Source: Podarcis muralis (taxonomy: Eukaryota). From it: DNA of 64,000 bases. How positions within the stretch are numbered: position 1 is the first letter of the stretch; each line of letters opens with the position of its first letter. This document shows, in pieces, positions 39,498 through 50,752 of the stretch. The position numbers and the translations under genes were made by a program. The stretch covers positions 54,622,001-54,686,000 of the forward strand of contig NC_135659.1 in the NCBI RefSeq assembly GCF_964188315.1, given 5' to 3'. Below the pieces are notes generated by a model. That model was not told where the DNA came from. It made no database searches and worked only from the letters and a program-made list of their open reading frames with translations.

Positions 39498-39805
39498 GGT
39501 AAAGGTAAAGGGACCCCTGACCATTGGGTCCAGTCGTGGCCGACTCTGGGGTTGCGGCGCTCATCTCGCTTTACTGGCCGAGGGAGCCAGCAAACAGCTT
39601 CCAGGTCATGTGGCCAGCATGACTAAGCTGCTTCTGGCGAACCAGAGCAGCACATGGAAACGCCATTTACCTTCCCGCTGGAGCGGTACCTATTTATCTA
39701 CTTGCACTTTGACGTGCTTTCAAACTGCTAGGTTGGCAGGAGCAGGGACCAAACAACGGGAGCTCACCCTGGCACGCGGATTTAGACCACAGTGCCACCC
39801 ACATC
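39498..39805 (-). mobile_element. Sauria SINE, subfamily A, internally deleted
   Basis: GGTAAAGGTAAAGGGACCCCTGACC tail through ACCACAGTGCCACCCAC head; part of the B-box region is missing. Confidence 0.92.
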
Positions 39806-41342
39806 ATAGACGTCATAGACCAGCATAAAAGGGTGGGATACTTAAAAAATATAAAACCACTTAATTAAAAAAATTAAGCAGTGTGTCAGAATAATAAAAA
39901 GTAATTACTAATAAAAAACATAAAATCAGGACACACACAATAATGTCTGGGTAGGCTTGCTGGAATAGAAACATTTTCAGCAGGTGTCTAAAGCAATATA
40001 GTGTGTCAGCTTAAATATCAATGGGTAGGGAGTTCCAAAGATTCAGAGCAATCTCAACCATCCAGTCAGCCCCATTCCCCAAATCCACTGCTTACTTGTA
40101 TGAAGATACAGTGTATTCTTACCATTCTAAAAGAGGTCAATAGGGATCCACATCATTCCAAGATTGACTGATTTTTTTAATGATGTTTTTAACTAGGCAA
40201 GGCTGCTTTCTTATCTTCATGGGGTAGCGTAAAGGGCTCAGAGCATGTGAAACCTTTTCCTCATAGAAGTTCTATGGATAGGGCAAATACTAGTGGGAGA
40301 AAGAAGAGAAGGGATAATGGACACAATGGAGTGCCCAGTCTTATCAATGAGAACTCAGAAGGAAGTCCCGTTGTGAATAAGGTTACAGCCTTACTGTGAC
40401 TTTTGAGTGGGTGTGTATAGGATTGTGCTATAAAATAAAAGATGTGGGTTATACAAGCTGCTTCCCCATCCTCCCTTTATTGAGAATATTATTTGTTGAA
40501 AAGAAACTGGAGGCAGTTCCAGACTTCCAAAGATTCTGGATTCATTTAGGAATCACAATTTTTCATACACTGGTACAGAATCACAAAATGGAGTGTAACA
40601 GAATGTAATCTTCATAAATTGCATGAACAAAAAATTCCTGTACTGGGGTCACGTCCGTAGTGAGTTAATTGGCTGCCACTGTATGGGGGCAGCAGATGGG
40701 CATTGGCAGCAGCACTGGTGAAGCTTCTAGAGATGCTATGGGCATGTCTGCCATGTTCCCACCAATTTGGTATTTTCTACCCGTGTGTGCACCCCTTTCT
40801 CAGCTGAGCTATAGTAGTAATAGCAAATCATCAGACCCAGCAATGTAATAGGTGTTTAGGATTGCTCTGTTAAGATGTTAGCCCAAACAACTTTATCTGA
40901 TTTGTAATAATCTAAAGGGTGCATAATTCAATAATCCATTTTCTGCTGAACCTTGTTGATACCCTAGGAAATGTTTCAGCGTTCCAGACTTGGAAAATGA
41001 CATCCTCTGCTTAATCAGCCAAAGGTTCTTAAAGGAACGTGTCACATGACACCTGTCCCCCCCCTTTTTTTTTTACATCCAACAACACACCCAGGGATTA
41101 GTCTAAGGGCTTTAATAGGTTTTGTGAAGAGCCTGCTAAAAGAAGCAGGGCCCATCCACAATCACATTACCGTCTCCGCTGCCAAGAAAATCAACAGGAG
41201 GACTTGGTTCACAGGTGTTTTTCTAGAAGAAAGTGAAGCCCAGTGCTAAACTGTTCTGGCACAGTAAGTACTTCAGAGACAACGTTCCACAGCTTTAAAG
41301 GAAAGGAAAGTGAGGAGGGAAAAGCTTCCTCCAGTCAGAGCC

Positions 41343-41366
41343 ATGGGGGCCTCCCAGTCAAAACGG
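41343..41366 (+). CDS. FAM107-like gene, proposed coding exon 1 (MGASQSKR)
   Basis: gagccATGG Kozak context and strong CGG|GTGAGT donor, phase 0, compatible with the exon at 45353. Inferred from splice logic, not homology. Confidence 0.6.
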
Positions 41367-41752
41367 GTGAGTAGCTTTCTTGTTGATGGTCTGATAAAGG
41401 GGATGAAGCCTGTGTCTGTCATATCCCTGACATCATGACGAGATCTTCTTGATCAGTCGGTCACATTCTGTTGCGTATACAGTCTTTGAACTAAGTCTAC
41501 ATGACAACAGAAGCATGGCAATACGGCAATCTATAAAGCAATCTCTCGAGAGGCAGAGGTGTTTCTGATGGCTGACAACTGTGGAATATTCTTCTGCTGG
41601 GGGCTCTTGGAAGCTTAACCCTGAGCTTTTCTTAGAAATACTATATGACCTTTTTATTTGGGCTTAATCGTTTCATCTTGACTGCTTCTAAACTGATGAG
41701 TGGATGGGCTTTGTGTAGTCTGAATGAATAATTAACTAAATATAATAATTTA

Positions 41753-42012
41753 CTGTATTTTTCGCTCTATAAGACGCACCAGACCACAAGACGCACCTAG
41801 TTTTTGGAGGAGGAAAACAAGAAAAAAAAATATTCTGAATCTCAGAAGCCAGAACAGCAAGAGGGATCGCTGCGCAGTGAAAGCAGCAATCCCTCTTGCT
41901 GTTCTGGCTTCTGTGATAGCTGCGCAGCCTGCATTCGCTCCATAAGACGCACACACATTCCCCCTTACTTTTTAGGAGGGAAAAAGTGAGTCTTATAGAG
42001 CAAAAAATACGG
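41753..42012. mobile_element. Tc1/mariner (pogo/Tc2-like) MITE with internal palindrome
   Basis: TA-CTGTATTTTTCGCTCTATAAGAC ... GTCTTATAGAGCAAAAAATACGG-TA. Internal 24-bp perfect inverted repeat at 41844-41867 / 41889-41912. Confidence 0.88.
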
Positions 42013-42395
42013 TAAATCTGAAATGAACAATATACTGTAAATTAGACCTCAGGGCTGACCCAAGTCATTTTGCTTCCTGAAGTGAAGGACAAGATGCCAT
42101 CCCCTCTATTCCATGAACAGCAGCCACCCAGCTTGGCCACTGAATCTTCCTTGACTACTGGGGATGGAACAGACACCGTATGGAGTACAGGGCAGTCTGT
42201 ACTCCCTATAGCTGTACCATTTCACTATTCAAGCTTCATTAGGGGCTAAGTACTCCCCCCCACTGGTGTCCTACAGTGTGAGAGCAAAGACATTTTTTTA
42301 AAAAAAAATGTGAGCACCAACAAGGCTGCTTCTACCTCAGAAGCAATTTCTCTTTATATTTCCTCTCCTCCTCTGTCTCCTGTATTTCCCTCTCA

Positions 42396-42460
42396 TGAGT
42401 GCCGCACCCCATAGTCGCCTTTGACTGGACTTAACCGCCCAGGGGTCCTTTACCTTTACC
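42396..42460 (+). mobile_element. Sauria SINE 3' fragment
   Basis: ATGAGTGCCGCACCCCATAGTCG...AGGGGTCCTTTACCTTTACC. Confidence 0.75.
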
Positions 42461-45352
42461 CTCCTCTAGCACTGAACCACACATTTCTCTTACATTTACT
42501 GAAAAGCCAAGATAGGGAATAAACATATTGTTCAATTGTTATGCTACTCACAGAAAGACTAAACCCTCCATTACATCTGGACTATGTAGAGGATGTGGCA
42601 TCTCACACACTAGAAAACGGTGCTGTCATATTTCTCAGAAGTGCAAAAGATGGGAACTGTTGTTCACCCACAGTGCAGATGGACATAGTGTCATACAAAT
42701 GCTTTGTGTTAATCCTCTGGTGACCTCTCTTCAACACAGGGCTGTTATGGTGTAAAAAGTAATTGTGTCAGACCTGTCCTGTTACATACAGGTGAAGAAA
42801 ACCGTTCTTGCCCCCACAAAACAACCTCCTGCAGGGATAAACTCCTAGATTATACTTAATCCTGCTTCTATGTCTAGTCATCATTTTCACTCTTACGTTG
42901 ATCCACTGAACCTATCCCCTTTCCTCTCCACAGCCACCTAACCAAAATCCTAATTGAAAGGGATGAGGTAGATCTGCCAGAAAGGCTACTTTTAGAGATG
43001 GTTTGTTCACACTTCAGCTGAAGAAAGATGAAACTTTGTCTTTCTTAGGGCTCGCTCAAACTGTTGCTTAATTCGGTAGTAAGTTTCCTGTAACTCCATG
43101 AATTCTCCACCATCCATATGACAATCTCCATATCACTGCCTTCCCACACGTTCCCCTCCCTCAACCTGGATTTGCTCATAGGAATGCTCTGAAAAGGAGA
43201 GGGTATGAAAAAATCCAGATCAAGGGAGAGGAAAGTGTGGGAAGGAAAACGTCATATGGACAATGGAGAATTAATGAGGGCACATTATCCACATAAAACA
43301 ACAGTATGGATGAGCTTTTAATTGGCGCAGAGCAAAGCAACACTGATCAACATTTCAAATCTAATAAAAGGGGAGAGATTGGGTCTAAAGGCAGAAGGAA
43401 TACTGATGAAGATGCATTTATGTTCCTGAACTTCATAGGCATGGAGATGATGGTTTTGAGGACAACTTTAAAGCAGCTGAGCTAGTTTTCCAGGGAAAGA
43501 GCCACATCAGGTGAAGGGGAGCAGTACATGCCATTCTTTAAGCATAACTGCTGAAACTTGGCATCTAAGAAATCCTTAACAGGAACGTTTGTCTTTTCCC
43601 CGAATGATGTATTCAATCTGTTGCTGCTGCAGTACATTCCTCTAGCAAATGTGTTGTTTGTCTTTGGAGATTTAAACCTGTAAGGATCAGGCAGGGCCAA
43701 CTCTATGATTATGTGGAGGGAAGCAGCTGTCTCAGGTAGTGAATGCAGCTGCCCCACCCCCATTGCTCCTGAACCTCCCCCCAGCCATTTCTCCCATCCT
43801 CCTGAACTGACACCCTGGCAGTGGCCAGCAGTCTCACCTAGTGATCTCCCAGTGCATATCCTTGACCTAGCAAGCAGGAAGAGAGGCAGCCAGCCCAGGC
43901 TACACACCCCAGAAGGCACTATGTATGTGAATGTATTTCTTGGCACACATGACTGATGCTGAGGCATCCTTTGTCTGAGCAGGCAGCAAATGGGTACCAG
44001 GCAGGGCAGTGACTGAACAGGCAGCAGAAGGTTTTGGAGGACAGAGCATGCTCTGAGCTAGTCTGTTGCCCTCAGTTTCAACGGTGGAGACTGCCTCACC
44101 ACAAGTGTTGAAGTAAGATTTGACTGCCTGTCTGGTCAGCTTCTCTATGGTGGAATATGTGGTGGGGAGATTGTTTGTGTTATCATATCCTTTGCCTCAG
44201 GCAGCAAAATGGATTGGACGGGCCCTGGATATGTGCTAGGGATGTTCTGCTTTGCCCGCAGCTCCATATGATTAGGATGTAGAAGAAATAGATGTTGGTT
44301 TTGTCTGACCTGCTGAAAGTCTATGTGCAGGTACATTAACAGAAGTACTCATTTGCTCCTCTGTAAGACCACGCAGGGGGAAAGTAATGAGGATGCTTGG
44401 GCAGAAGCTCAGAACGCTCTTGTATAATGCCCCCCCCATGTGTTGTTAGTCTCTTCTCAGTGTCCATTAAATGTCTGGGAGTAGGCAGGGTAGGCCTGCT
44501 GGCATCTATGCCATTATAATAGTCTTGCATTGTTTACTTTGGATGAGGCGGCCACAAACCTGAGCCTGACAGATGACAGGCTAATCAGCAGTGGCTTAAA
44601 AGGGAAATCTCATCGGAGATGGAAAACCTAATCTTTCAAAGCTGCACAGATAGACCAAGGGATCCAGAATAGCTTCATCAGGTTGAGATGATCCTGTGTG
44701 AATGATCAGGGCAAAAAGAAGAGTTGGGCAAATTAATGTCATGTGGAAAGTAACATGGGGTTAGGAAAATGCACAGGCATCAGGTGTAAGGCAGCCTATT
44801 AGCACTGTGGATGGTGGAAAAGCTTGATTTGCAAAGGAAGGAAGGTCTGTGGGCAGCAGCTGGGTATTCCAGAGCCAGATGCGAACTGTAGTATCTGGAC
44901 TCCTTTCCTATAGAAGGCAGGCAGGTGATTATGAGGGTTATTCTAATGATTTTGGGTTCAGCTAGAGGGTATGTTATAGTGACTGGCCCAAATATGGTCT
45001 GCATTTTATTCTGTCTGGCTCCTTTCACCTGCTAATTTCACAGCACTTTAGTAACATTGGCAAAGAGCTTTATTTTTTCACAGAGACCTTGGTATAAAAC
45101 CTTCATGCATTAGCCAGTGAAAGAGCTGGAGATCTAGCACCAGGCACTGGAGTGTTTCAGCTGTTCGCCTCCACTTGTATATTTGTAAACAAACTGCAAT
45201 ATTATAAAATGTCATAAGCCTCCCATGATCTCCTTTCAAAGGAAACCAAACCAGGGTGAGCACTATACCCCTGGGACGCAAGTGTGGTAAAAGAAGAAGT
45301 GCAAGCATTTGTTGATCCATTGCTTTTTGAAATGCTGCCTTTTCTGTTCCAG

Positions 45353-45389
45353 GGTGAATGCAGAACTCAGAAGAGCAGTCTGAACCCAG
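45353..45389 (+). CDS. FAM107-like gene, proposed coding exon 2 (GECRTQKSSLNP)
   Basis: Strong acceptor ttttctgttccag and donor CAG|GTAAGA; 37 nt, phase 0/1, in frame with the next exon. Confidence 0.65.
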
Positions 45390-46395
45390 GTAAGAGTATT
45401 TTACAGCATGGTGGGGGTACCCTCTTCAATCCAAGGGCTACATTCTCTTATGCGGGGAGTGCTTGCCAGTGGTGGGTGTGGCCAAAGATAAAAGTGGGCA
45501 GTGCAGTGCATGTGGCGTTTACCTTTATACATGGGTGGGGGCCAGCTGTCTGTCCTACAGTCCTAAGCAAAAAGCAGGGGAAGTGGTTATAAATATGGGG
45601 AGAAACTATGCAAGCATTTCGACCTGGGGGGTGGAAAAATGGGGGTTGTATTCCTCTTACTCACTGAATGTATTAATTGGCCATAGCAGCAAAAGTCTGT
45701 TGTATGATGCATAGGATGGCATCTATTCAGCCTGTGACTATTGGAACTTGCTCCAAGTACTCTTTTGGGGTCTAAAGGGTTTTTGCATATGATCAAAATA
45801 AGTGTGCCCCTTTATTTAGCTTCTTGTTGTTGAAAGCTCTGTGCTGGGGGGGGGGGGGTAAAGTGCCTTGTTAGAGGTAGGGAATGCTGGATGATTCTCT
45901 TCCAGGTCCTTGCCAGTATTGCATGTGTTCATTCCATTCTGTCCAGCTTTTCCATCACCTTGTGAAACTTTTTAAAAACCCACATAAAATTTCCTATTTT
46001 AAATGTCATTCACATGATCATTTTTTAATGGAGATATAAACAGTTTATCAAGGTTTTCATGGTTAAATAATGATATAAATGTGCTCCGGAGTGGTGAAAA
46101 AAGAGGTAGCAACCATAGATTTCAGGTACTGAGATGTTCAGTGGTGGAATTTGTGGTTTCGCCACATGGGGGTGCATTTGTATAATAATAATCTGTGTGG
46201 AAGACTTAACAAAACAGAAGTCTTGATGGAGCATCTGTGACTGACCTGATGTGTCATTTGCATTACAATGCCAACCCTGTCTTAAAGGATCTCAGAAATG
46301 GAAGTGCATTCAAGCCCACACTTCAACTGCATGTGAATTGCCTTGTTCTCAACCAAGTCATTCAGTAAGCCCCAAGTATTGAGGAAGATCTACAC

Positions 46396-46648
46396 CATGG
46401 GTAGGCAAACTAAGGCCCACAGGCCGAATCCAGCCCAATCGCCTTCTCAATCCGGCCCGCAGACGGTCCGGGAATCAGCATGTTTTTACATGAGTAGAAT
46501 GTGTCCTTTTATTTAAAATGCATCTCTGGGTTATGTGTGGGACATAGGAATTCGTTCATTTTTCCCCCTTCAAAATAATAGCCTGGCCCACCACATGGTC
46601 CGAGGGACGGTGGACCAGCCCACGACTGAAAAAGGTTGCTGACCCCTG
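46396..46648. mobile_element. hAT non-autonomous DNA transposon
   Basis: Perfect 8-bp TSD ATCTACAC (46388-46395, 46649-46656); termini CATGGGTAGGCAAAC / GGTTGCTGACCCCTG. Confidence 0.88.
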
Positions 46649-47086
46649 ATCTACACTATGATAGGCCTATCCAAGCCATTTCATTAACATGTAGAGATCT
46701 TTCCACAGCTGACTACTGGAATAGTTAGGGGACAACATGGTTTAAGAAAACAGCAACGGGGAAGACCAACCTAGCCCCACCCATGGACCAGAGAGGGAGC
46801 AGCTTCAGGGAGTTATGATGCTGGGGGTCAGACTCCCCCATCTTCAGTGGGTAAGGCCAGGGATTCAGAGGGGAAGAGAAAATGACTCTCTGTGGGGAGA
46901 GTGCTGTTGACATTAGGTCCCACTTTACACCAGTCTGGAACCCTTAAAGAAGAGCAGGTTAAAAATACTTTCAACAAATTGATGCTGAACAGCTTTGTAG
47001 TCAATTTACAGTATGAAAGCAGAGAGGAAATTTTGTAATGAATTTTCTGAAGGCTTCAAAACTGTTGTTATGCCATTATGTTCCAG

Positions 47087-47234
47087 AAGGAGACACCAGA
47101 AGCTTTGAGCATGGCACCTACCAGGCATCTGAAAGCCACAGGAGCCTCATTGAGCCTAAGAAACTGCCAAACCCAGTGAGGGAGTCCAAGCACCATCGGG
47201 AGTTGCACCGGGAACTGATTTTCACTCAAAGGAG
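47087..47234 (+). CDS. FAM107-like exon 3
   Basis: ttccag|EGDTRSF...SLIEPKKLPNPVRESKHHRELHRELIFTQR|gtgaga, phase 1/2. Matches the FAM107 motif [25 protein letters not shown]. Confidence 0.92.
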
Positions 47235-47581
47235 GTGAGAGTGTCTTTAATCCAGGAATTGCAGTAGTTTAGGCACTAAAGCTTTGAACAGAGAACATAC
47301 CATGCATTGGCCCCTGAGGTGTACCACAAAATGGTGCCTCCCTGGCCAGGGAAGAAAAGTTGAGTGAAGATCTGCATTGGGAACAAGGCAGGGAATCAAA
47401 TCAATCTTACATGACTGTTGGCGTGAGAATCCAAGGCTGCCAGAGGGCAGGGGCTGCTCTGAATCATACCAGGGTGGTGCAGAACCCAGGAGATCCCAGA
47501 GGGTTGTAATATGTCCTCTTTTTCCAGGACGCTTCCTCTTTTTCATGGGTAGAGTCGTCATAGCGATCCATAGTTATAAGT

Positions 47582-47942
47582 AAAGGTAAAGGGACCCCTG
47601 ACCATTAGGTCCAGTCGCGGACGACTCTTGAGGTTGCGCGCTCATCTCGCTCTATAGGCCGAGGGAGCCGGCGTTTGTCCACAGACAGCATCCAGGTCAT
47701 GTGGCCAGCATGACTAAGCCGCTTCTGGCGAACTAGAGCAGCACACGGAAACACCATTTACCTTCCCACCAGAGCAGTACCTATTTATCTACTTGCACTT
47801 GACATGCTTTCAAACTGCTAGGTTGGCAGGAGCTGGGACCGAACAACGGGAGCTCACCCCGTTGCGGGGATTCAAACTGCCGACCTTCCGATCAGCAAGC
47901 CCTAGGCTCTGTGGTTTAGACCACAGTGCCACCCACGTCCCT
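47582..47942 (-). mobile_element. Sauria SINE, subfamily A, full length
   Basis: Complete head to tail; 12-bp TSD ATAGTTATAAGT (47570-47581, 47943-47954). Confidence 0.95.
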
Positions 47943-48274
47943 ATAGTTATAAGTGGAAGTCTGCAAATGTGTCCTCTTTTTTGCTCTTCAAAATATGGCA
48001 ACCCTAAGAGGACAGCCCCCGCCATTTCCTCCCTAGCGGTGGATGGAGACCAGTAATGCCTCCTACTTGCAAAGAGGCGGCATTGGGAAGGGGCTGCTGA
48101 GGAGGAGGCAGATCTAGCCTCCAAGGAGCATGCCATAGCCATCGCTGCTACTGCAGGAGCAGGAGCAGCAGCAAGTGATGTATTCCTTGGAGGCCTAATT
48201 GGCAGTCCTTCTGGATCCTGCTGCCCAAGGTGGTGGCCGCACCTTGTCTCATGAGTGGCCAGCCCTGTGTTTAA

Positions 48275-48400
48275 AGCACATTTAAGGCATGTGACTTCCC
48301 CCATAGAATCCTGGGAGCTGTAGTTTAAGAGTGCTGGAAGGTGTAGCTCTGTGATGGATAAACTACAGCTCCTATTATTCTTTTGGAGGGGGTGCTGCAA
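48275..48400. repeat. Short interspersed repeat with ACTACAGTTCCCAGGA core
   Basis: Related copies at about 49220-49270 and 56405-56525. Confidence 0.5.
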
Positions 48401-48890
48401 AATCAGGGGAAATGATCCTGCAGGGATCCACAAACCAAGACACAAAACACCAAGTGTAAATAAAATAAGTAGCACAATCTCTGTTGGGTGTGGGCCCATG
48501 GGATCTCTCTCAAAAGCACCTAAATCTAGCGTCCAGTATGGCAACTCGGGTGTCCACTGAGCCAAATAAGAAAGGGATTTTTGCCCAATACACAGGAGAG
48601 AAACCACATTGGGACCCCCAATCGACTTGATTGGGCACTGGAGGAGGAGGGATTGGAAAATAACAGTCCAATTCTTACGGAGCCCATATTTAGTTCTTCA
48701 TAGGTCTTATAAGTTAAGCATGTGCCCAAATATAATACAGTTAACTTATTTTGTCAGGAGAACCCTGGGTTATCATGGAATCTGGTGAAAGTCAATGGGA
48801 TGAAGAAGGGGGGAGTAGAATAACAGGCATTGTAGAAGAGAAGAAAGGCTCATAAACGTCTGCTTCTGTGCTGTGTTGTCCTTTCTGTAG

Positions 48891-49035
48891 GGGGATCCTT
48901 CCAGAACACAAGCCCGAGCTTCAGAGAGTTCTAGAAGCCAGAAGAATCAAGCAGCTGAAGCAGCAGGAAGAAACCCAAAAGCCCTTGACAGATCTGGAGG
49001 AAGAGCTGAGAAAACGACAGCAGAAGCTTGACCAG
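48891..49035 (+). CDS. FAM107-like exon 4 (coiled-coil core)
   Basis: ctttctgtag|GILPEHKPELQRVLEARRIKQLKQQEETQKPLTDLEEELRKRQQKLDQ|gtcttt, phase 2/0. Matches FAM107 KPELQRVLE...EQELLRRQQRLNQ. Confidence 0.93.
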
Positions 49036-49550
49036 GTCTTTATCATCTGTTCCCCAGTTAGCTTTTCTGGATGTATCACAACATCAAGTTTGTCTTATAA
49101 CTACCTCCATCCTACGGTGATCAGTCCATATTATTAATCCCTCTCACACACCCAGCTCATCAAGCCTTATTTGTCTTCCTAGCAAAAACAGCATCTAATC
49201 ACAAAGAATCCATTTTACCCCCACAGAGCTACAATTCCCAGCACCCTTAAACTACAGTTCCCAGGATTATTAGAGGGTGTAGTATCTACATTGTATAGTA
49301 CCCTTCTCCCTTGTGGCAGCCTTCCCCTCAGGTGTGACCAGCATCTCCTCTCTCAGTTCCTTCTCCATCGTTCATCTTCAGAAATAAAGATAGTCAGTTC
49401 TCCTTCCAGGCCCAAACACACACACAGTTTTGATATTACGCAGACCCTGTCCTCCAAGCACCTCTTCCCTTCTGGTAAGCAGATATTGCTGTGTTTTTAC
49501 TGTTTCAAAAACATACCAAATCAGTTTTAATCAGAAGTGACAATGGGACA

Positions 49551-50245
49551 CAAAGGTGGAGAGCAAGTATAGTACCCACTAGGAAGAAAGGCAGTGTAAA
49601 ACGTTCAAATATGCTGAACTGGCTGGTCTGACAAACAGGATAAGAAAAAACAAAGATAAAGAATACAAGGAGGAATGGACAATGTTTACTGAATATTTTA
49701 AGAACCAATATAAGCAAAAACATAGCTTAGCAGGTCTCGAGTAAATCCAGCAGAGTTGAAATATAGTATTTAATAGGTAACAAATTAGATGATTAAAAAG
49801 TTGCGGATTAAGCGGAGTAATAGAAAAGCAAAGGAACCAGGAAAAGGGTGGAAGGGAAGTCATAAAGGTAAAGGTAAAGGTACCCCTGCCCATACGGGCC
49901 AGTCTTGACAGACTCTAGGGTTGTGCGCCCATCTCACTCAAGAGGCCGGGGGCCAGCGCTGTCCGGAGACACTTCTGGGTCACGTGGCCAGCGTGACATC
50001 GCTGCTCTGGCGAGCCAGAGCTGCACACAGAAACACCGTTTACCTTCTCGCTAGTAAGCGGTCCCTATTTATCTACTTGCACCCGGTGGTGCTTTCGAAC
50101 TGCTAGGTTGGCAGGCGCTGGGACCGAGCAACGGAAGCGCACCCCGCCGCGGGGATTCGAACCACTGACCTTTCGATAGGCAAGCCCTAGGCGCTGAGGC
50201 TTTTACCCACAGCGCCACCCGCGTCCCTCAAGGGAAGTCATATGA

Positions 50246-50284
<39 letters not shown>

Positions 50285-50350
50285 GTAAGTGGGACAGGGG
50301 GAGGGGAGTTAAATATGCTGTTTTTGAAAATGCAAAAAAAATATGAAAAA
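49551..50350 (+). mobile_element. 5'-truncated L1 (ORF2 C-terminus plus 3' UTR) carrying a nested Sauria SINE
   Basis: Translates QRWRASIVPTR../..KYAELAGLTNRI...KEEWTMFTEY...LAGLE* (stop 49742-49744), resembling squamate L1 ORF2 ends. A-rich tail; 18-bp TSD AGAAGTGACAATGGGACA (49533-49550, 50351-50368). Confidence 0.75.
49865..50229 (-). mobile_element. Sauria SINE, subfamily B, full length
   Basis: GGTACCCCTGCCCATACGGGCC-type tail; 13-bp TSD AAGGGAAGTCATA (49852-49864, 50230-50242). Confidence 0.95.
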
Positions 50351-50371
50351 AGAAGTGACAATGGGACAAAA

Positions 50372-50416
<45 letters not shown>
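50253..50416. repeat. Two (TG)n microsatellites
   Basis: Runs at about 50253-50282 and 50375-50416. Confidence 0.95.
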
Positions 50417-50419
<3 letters not shown>

Positions 50420-50635
50420 CCATGGGCAGCAATGCCTCCCTCAAGCATTTTCAGTCCTATCAAAATTGTTGCTAAAGCCAATGTCAATGAAGCTCAGGAG
50501 TGAGTGTACGACTTTCATTTAATCAAACAGTAGGGGCGTTGGGTTTTGCAATAGGTTGCAGCCTCATGTTTGTGCAGAATTGTCTCTCTGGCTAGAACTA
50601 ATGAAAAGGTGTTAAACATTTCCCCTCCTTTACAG

Positions 50636-50752
50636 TATGAAAGGGAGCTGGTCTTGAAGGGCGAGCAAGATGGCCGGCCTGAGTTCATCCTCGTCAAAGA
50701 GAGCCTGAGGAAGATAAAGCTGTCTACAGAAACGGACATCAGGCAGACATGA
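50636..50752 (+). CDS. FAM107-like terminal coding exon
   Basis: cctcctttacag|YERELVLKGEQDGRPEFILVKESLRKIKLSTETDIRQT*. Matches FAM107 PEFIKVRENLRRI. The five-exon model totals 471 nt = 156 aa + stop. Confidence 0.92.
   Translation, partial: YERELVLKGEQDGRPEFILVKESLRKIKLSTETDIRQT

Noticed and set aside
43705-43956. Pro/Ser-rich ORF as an alternative first exon of the FAM107-like gene
   Set aside because: Only weak donors (TCAG|GTAGTG phase 1; TAT|GTGAAT phase 0) and no homology. It cannot be excluded as a minor isoform but is unsupported.
47810-48607. 265-aa minus-strand ORF
   Set aside because: Runs from low-complexity GCA repeats and interspersed repeats into a Sauria SINE, antisense to a FAM107-like intron.
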